A stretch of 64,000 bases of DNA from Candidatus Bathyarchaeota archaeon (GTDB lineage: Archaea; Thermoproteota; Bathyarchaeia; Bathyarchaeales; Bathycorpusculaceae): NCBI GenBank assembly GCA_963827165.1, contig CAWGZR010000003.1:1-64000 (forward strand), written 5' to 3'. This document shows positions 62,515 through 64,000 of the stretch, piece after piece. Below the pieces are notes generated by a model. That model did no database searches. It was given only the letters and a program-made list of their open reading frames with translations, and was not told the DNA's origin. Every line of letters begins with the position of its first letter. The first letter of the stretch is position 1. Both the position numbers and the translations under genes were made by a program.

Positions 62515-63792
62515 CTAAGCATCTATTCTGCTGGGTTTTTCTTCTAGGATATTGTGTTTCTCAAGTATTCGAAGAACCTCTGCAACACTCCATGCTTGAG
62601 AAGTGGTTCCTCCTGGCGTGTAAGGTGGATCGCCAGAAAACACTTCTGGAAGGGACTTATAGGGGCTTTCCACACGAAACCTCACAAGGGGGCCAATGTT
62701 TCGGGTAATTTCATCGCGAATGGATGTAGTGCTTTCCCCTTGATATAGGCGAACACTTGCTAGAGCATCACAATAGGGTCCAATTAGCCATGGCCAAGCA
62801 GTGCCTTGATGGTATGCCAGATCTTTTTTATTCGCAGGTAGATAGGTATCATAAATTCCTCTGTATTGGGAATCTCTGGGCGAGAGTGTGCGTAATCCTC
62901 CGGGCGTAAGCAAATCCCTTTTTGCTGATTCGACTACCCCAGTCTGACGGTTCTGGGGAAGTAGGTCTCCCCCGTGACTCACAGCGAGAACCATGTTAGG
63001 TCGAATTGCTCCTCCATGGGGGTCTCCTTCAATAACATCTAGCAAAGCATTTTCAGACCAATTCCAAAATTTGCTATTGAAAGATTTTTTAATGTCGTCA
63101 GCGAGTGAATCATAATCTTTTGCTTTAAGTAAATTCTTTTCCTGCCTTTCTAACGTTGCCAAAAATCTCATGTTATCATACCAAAGGGCATTGATTTCGA
63201 CTGCCTTACCATTTCTTGGAGTCACGATTGTTTTGCCAGTGCCCGACGGGTCGGCATCCATCCATGTTGCTTGGGGTGGACTTACAATAAGCGCGTCATT
63301 TTCATCCATCTTGATAGTTTGTTTCTTTCCAAAACGTTCATAACTTGTGCCATGCTTGTACGCATCTATTATCCTTCTTAGAACAGGTAGCATTTCTGTC
63401 ACAAAGTTACAATCGCCCGTATATTTCCAGTACGACTTCATTGCTTGGATGAACCACAGTGGAGCACCCACACTATTGTATTCAATCGTATTCTTCTTTA
63501 TCCTATTTGGGATCAAACCGTTTTTCTCATATGTAGCAAAATCTCTTACAACTTGTTTCGCTTCATCAAATCTTTTAGTGACGAGAAGAATCCCCGTAAA
63601 TGAAATGAAAGTGTCTCTTCCCCATTCTTCAAGAAACCAGTCCCTGTTAGCCGCCCATATTTGTACGTCTCCACCTACATGTTTAACGAAAGAATCCGCA
63701 GCGTGCATAAAAGTTTCAAGAACGGGATATTTCTCCCAAAAAGAATCGTCATCTTCACCGTATACGAGTCTGGTGGGTTGATTTCCTACCAT
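62515..63792 (-). CDS. Amylo-alpha-1,6-glucosidase (glycogen debranching enzyme C-domain); N-terminus possibly disrupted
   Basis: WGRDTFIS, TWMDA, TPRNGKAVEINALW, IRPN, GLRTLSP, YHQGTAWPWL, QAWSVAE. Confidence 0.9.
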   Translation of the reverse strand: MVGNQPTRLVYGEDDDSFWEKYPVLETFMHAADSFVKHVGGDVQIWAANRDWFLEEWGRDTFISFTGILLVTKRFDEAKQVVRDFATYEKNGLIPNRIKKNTIEYNSVGAPLWFIQAMKSYWKYTGDCNFVTEMLPVLRRIIDAYKHGTSYERFGKKQTIKMDENDALIVSPPQATWMDADPSGTGKTIVTPRNGKAVEINALWYDNMRFLATLERQEKNLLKAKDYDSLADDIKKSFNSKFWNWSENALLDVIEGDPHGGAIRPNMVLAVSHGGDLLPQNRQTGVVESAKRDLLTPGGLRTLSPRDSQYRGIYDTYLPANKKDLAYHQGTAWPWLIGPYCDALASVRLYQGESTTSIRDEITRNIGPLVRFRVESPYKSLPEVFSGDPPYTPGGTTSQAWSVAEVLRILEKHNILEEKPSRIDA

Positions 63793-64000
63793 GGAAAAAC
63801 CTCTTTTTCTCGGATAATTTTAGTCGAATGGCCTAAAACGCTTTATGTCGCCAATACTCTTGCAAGGTTTAGTAGGCTCAAATCAATTGGTTTCTCTGTC
63901 TTGCATGATTCCTCAAGCTCCATGCTCGTTATTTTGCCATTTTGCAACACAACCGCCCTGCTTTTTTGTCGTTCAGATATTAGTTCAACCGCTTTGTCCG

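Overview
AT-rich (roughly 40-43% GC by eye) archaeal accessory region. Gene style (aeRF1, SufBC-only Fe-S system, archaeal PGK, integrase and histidine-kinase C-termini) suggests Bathyarchaeia; this is inference. The left half (1-32 kb) is a mosaic. It holds frameshifted ABC-binding-protein and histidine-kinase genes, an integrase remnant, several tRNA-3'-end (att-like) fragments, a helicase IV-like gene, a truncated heliorhodopsin, copper, ArsR/OsmC, SufBC and ABC modules, one IS110 (IS1111-type), two IS1182 and plasmid/virus-like ORFs. The right half (32-64 kb) is an acid/ion-homeostasis block (NhaP, ClC, two P-type H+-ATPases, a degenerate aeRF1 paralog) followed by a glycogen/glycolysis block (PGM, bacterial-type GAPDH, PpsA, GlgP, SatP, PGK, FbaB, enolase, PGI, debranching enzyme) with an IS701. 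The strongest hidden signal is a set of short alternating (CG)n sites. They lie almost only at module boundaries and at the breakpoints of truncated genes. The IS110 element is inserted in one of them, and its downstream non-coding end carries bridge-RNA-like guides matching that site. This suggests a cassette-shuffling system keyed on TAGCGCGCTA-like sites. Many single-base frameshifts may be long-read errors.
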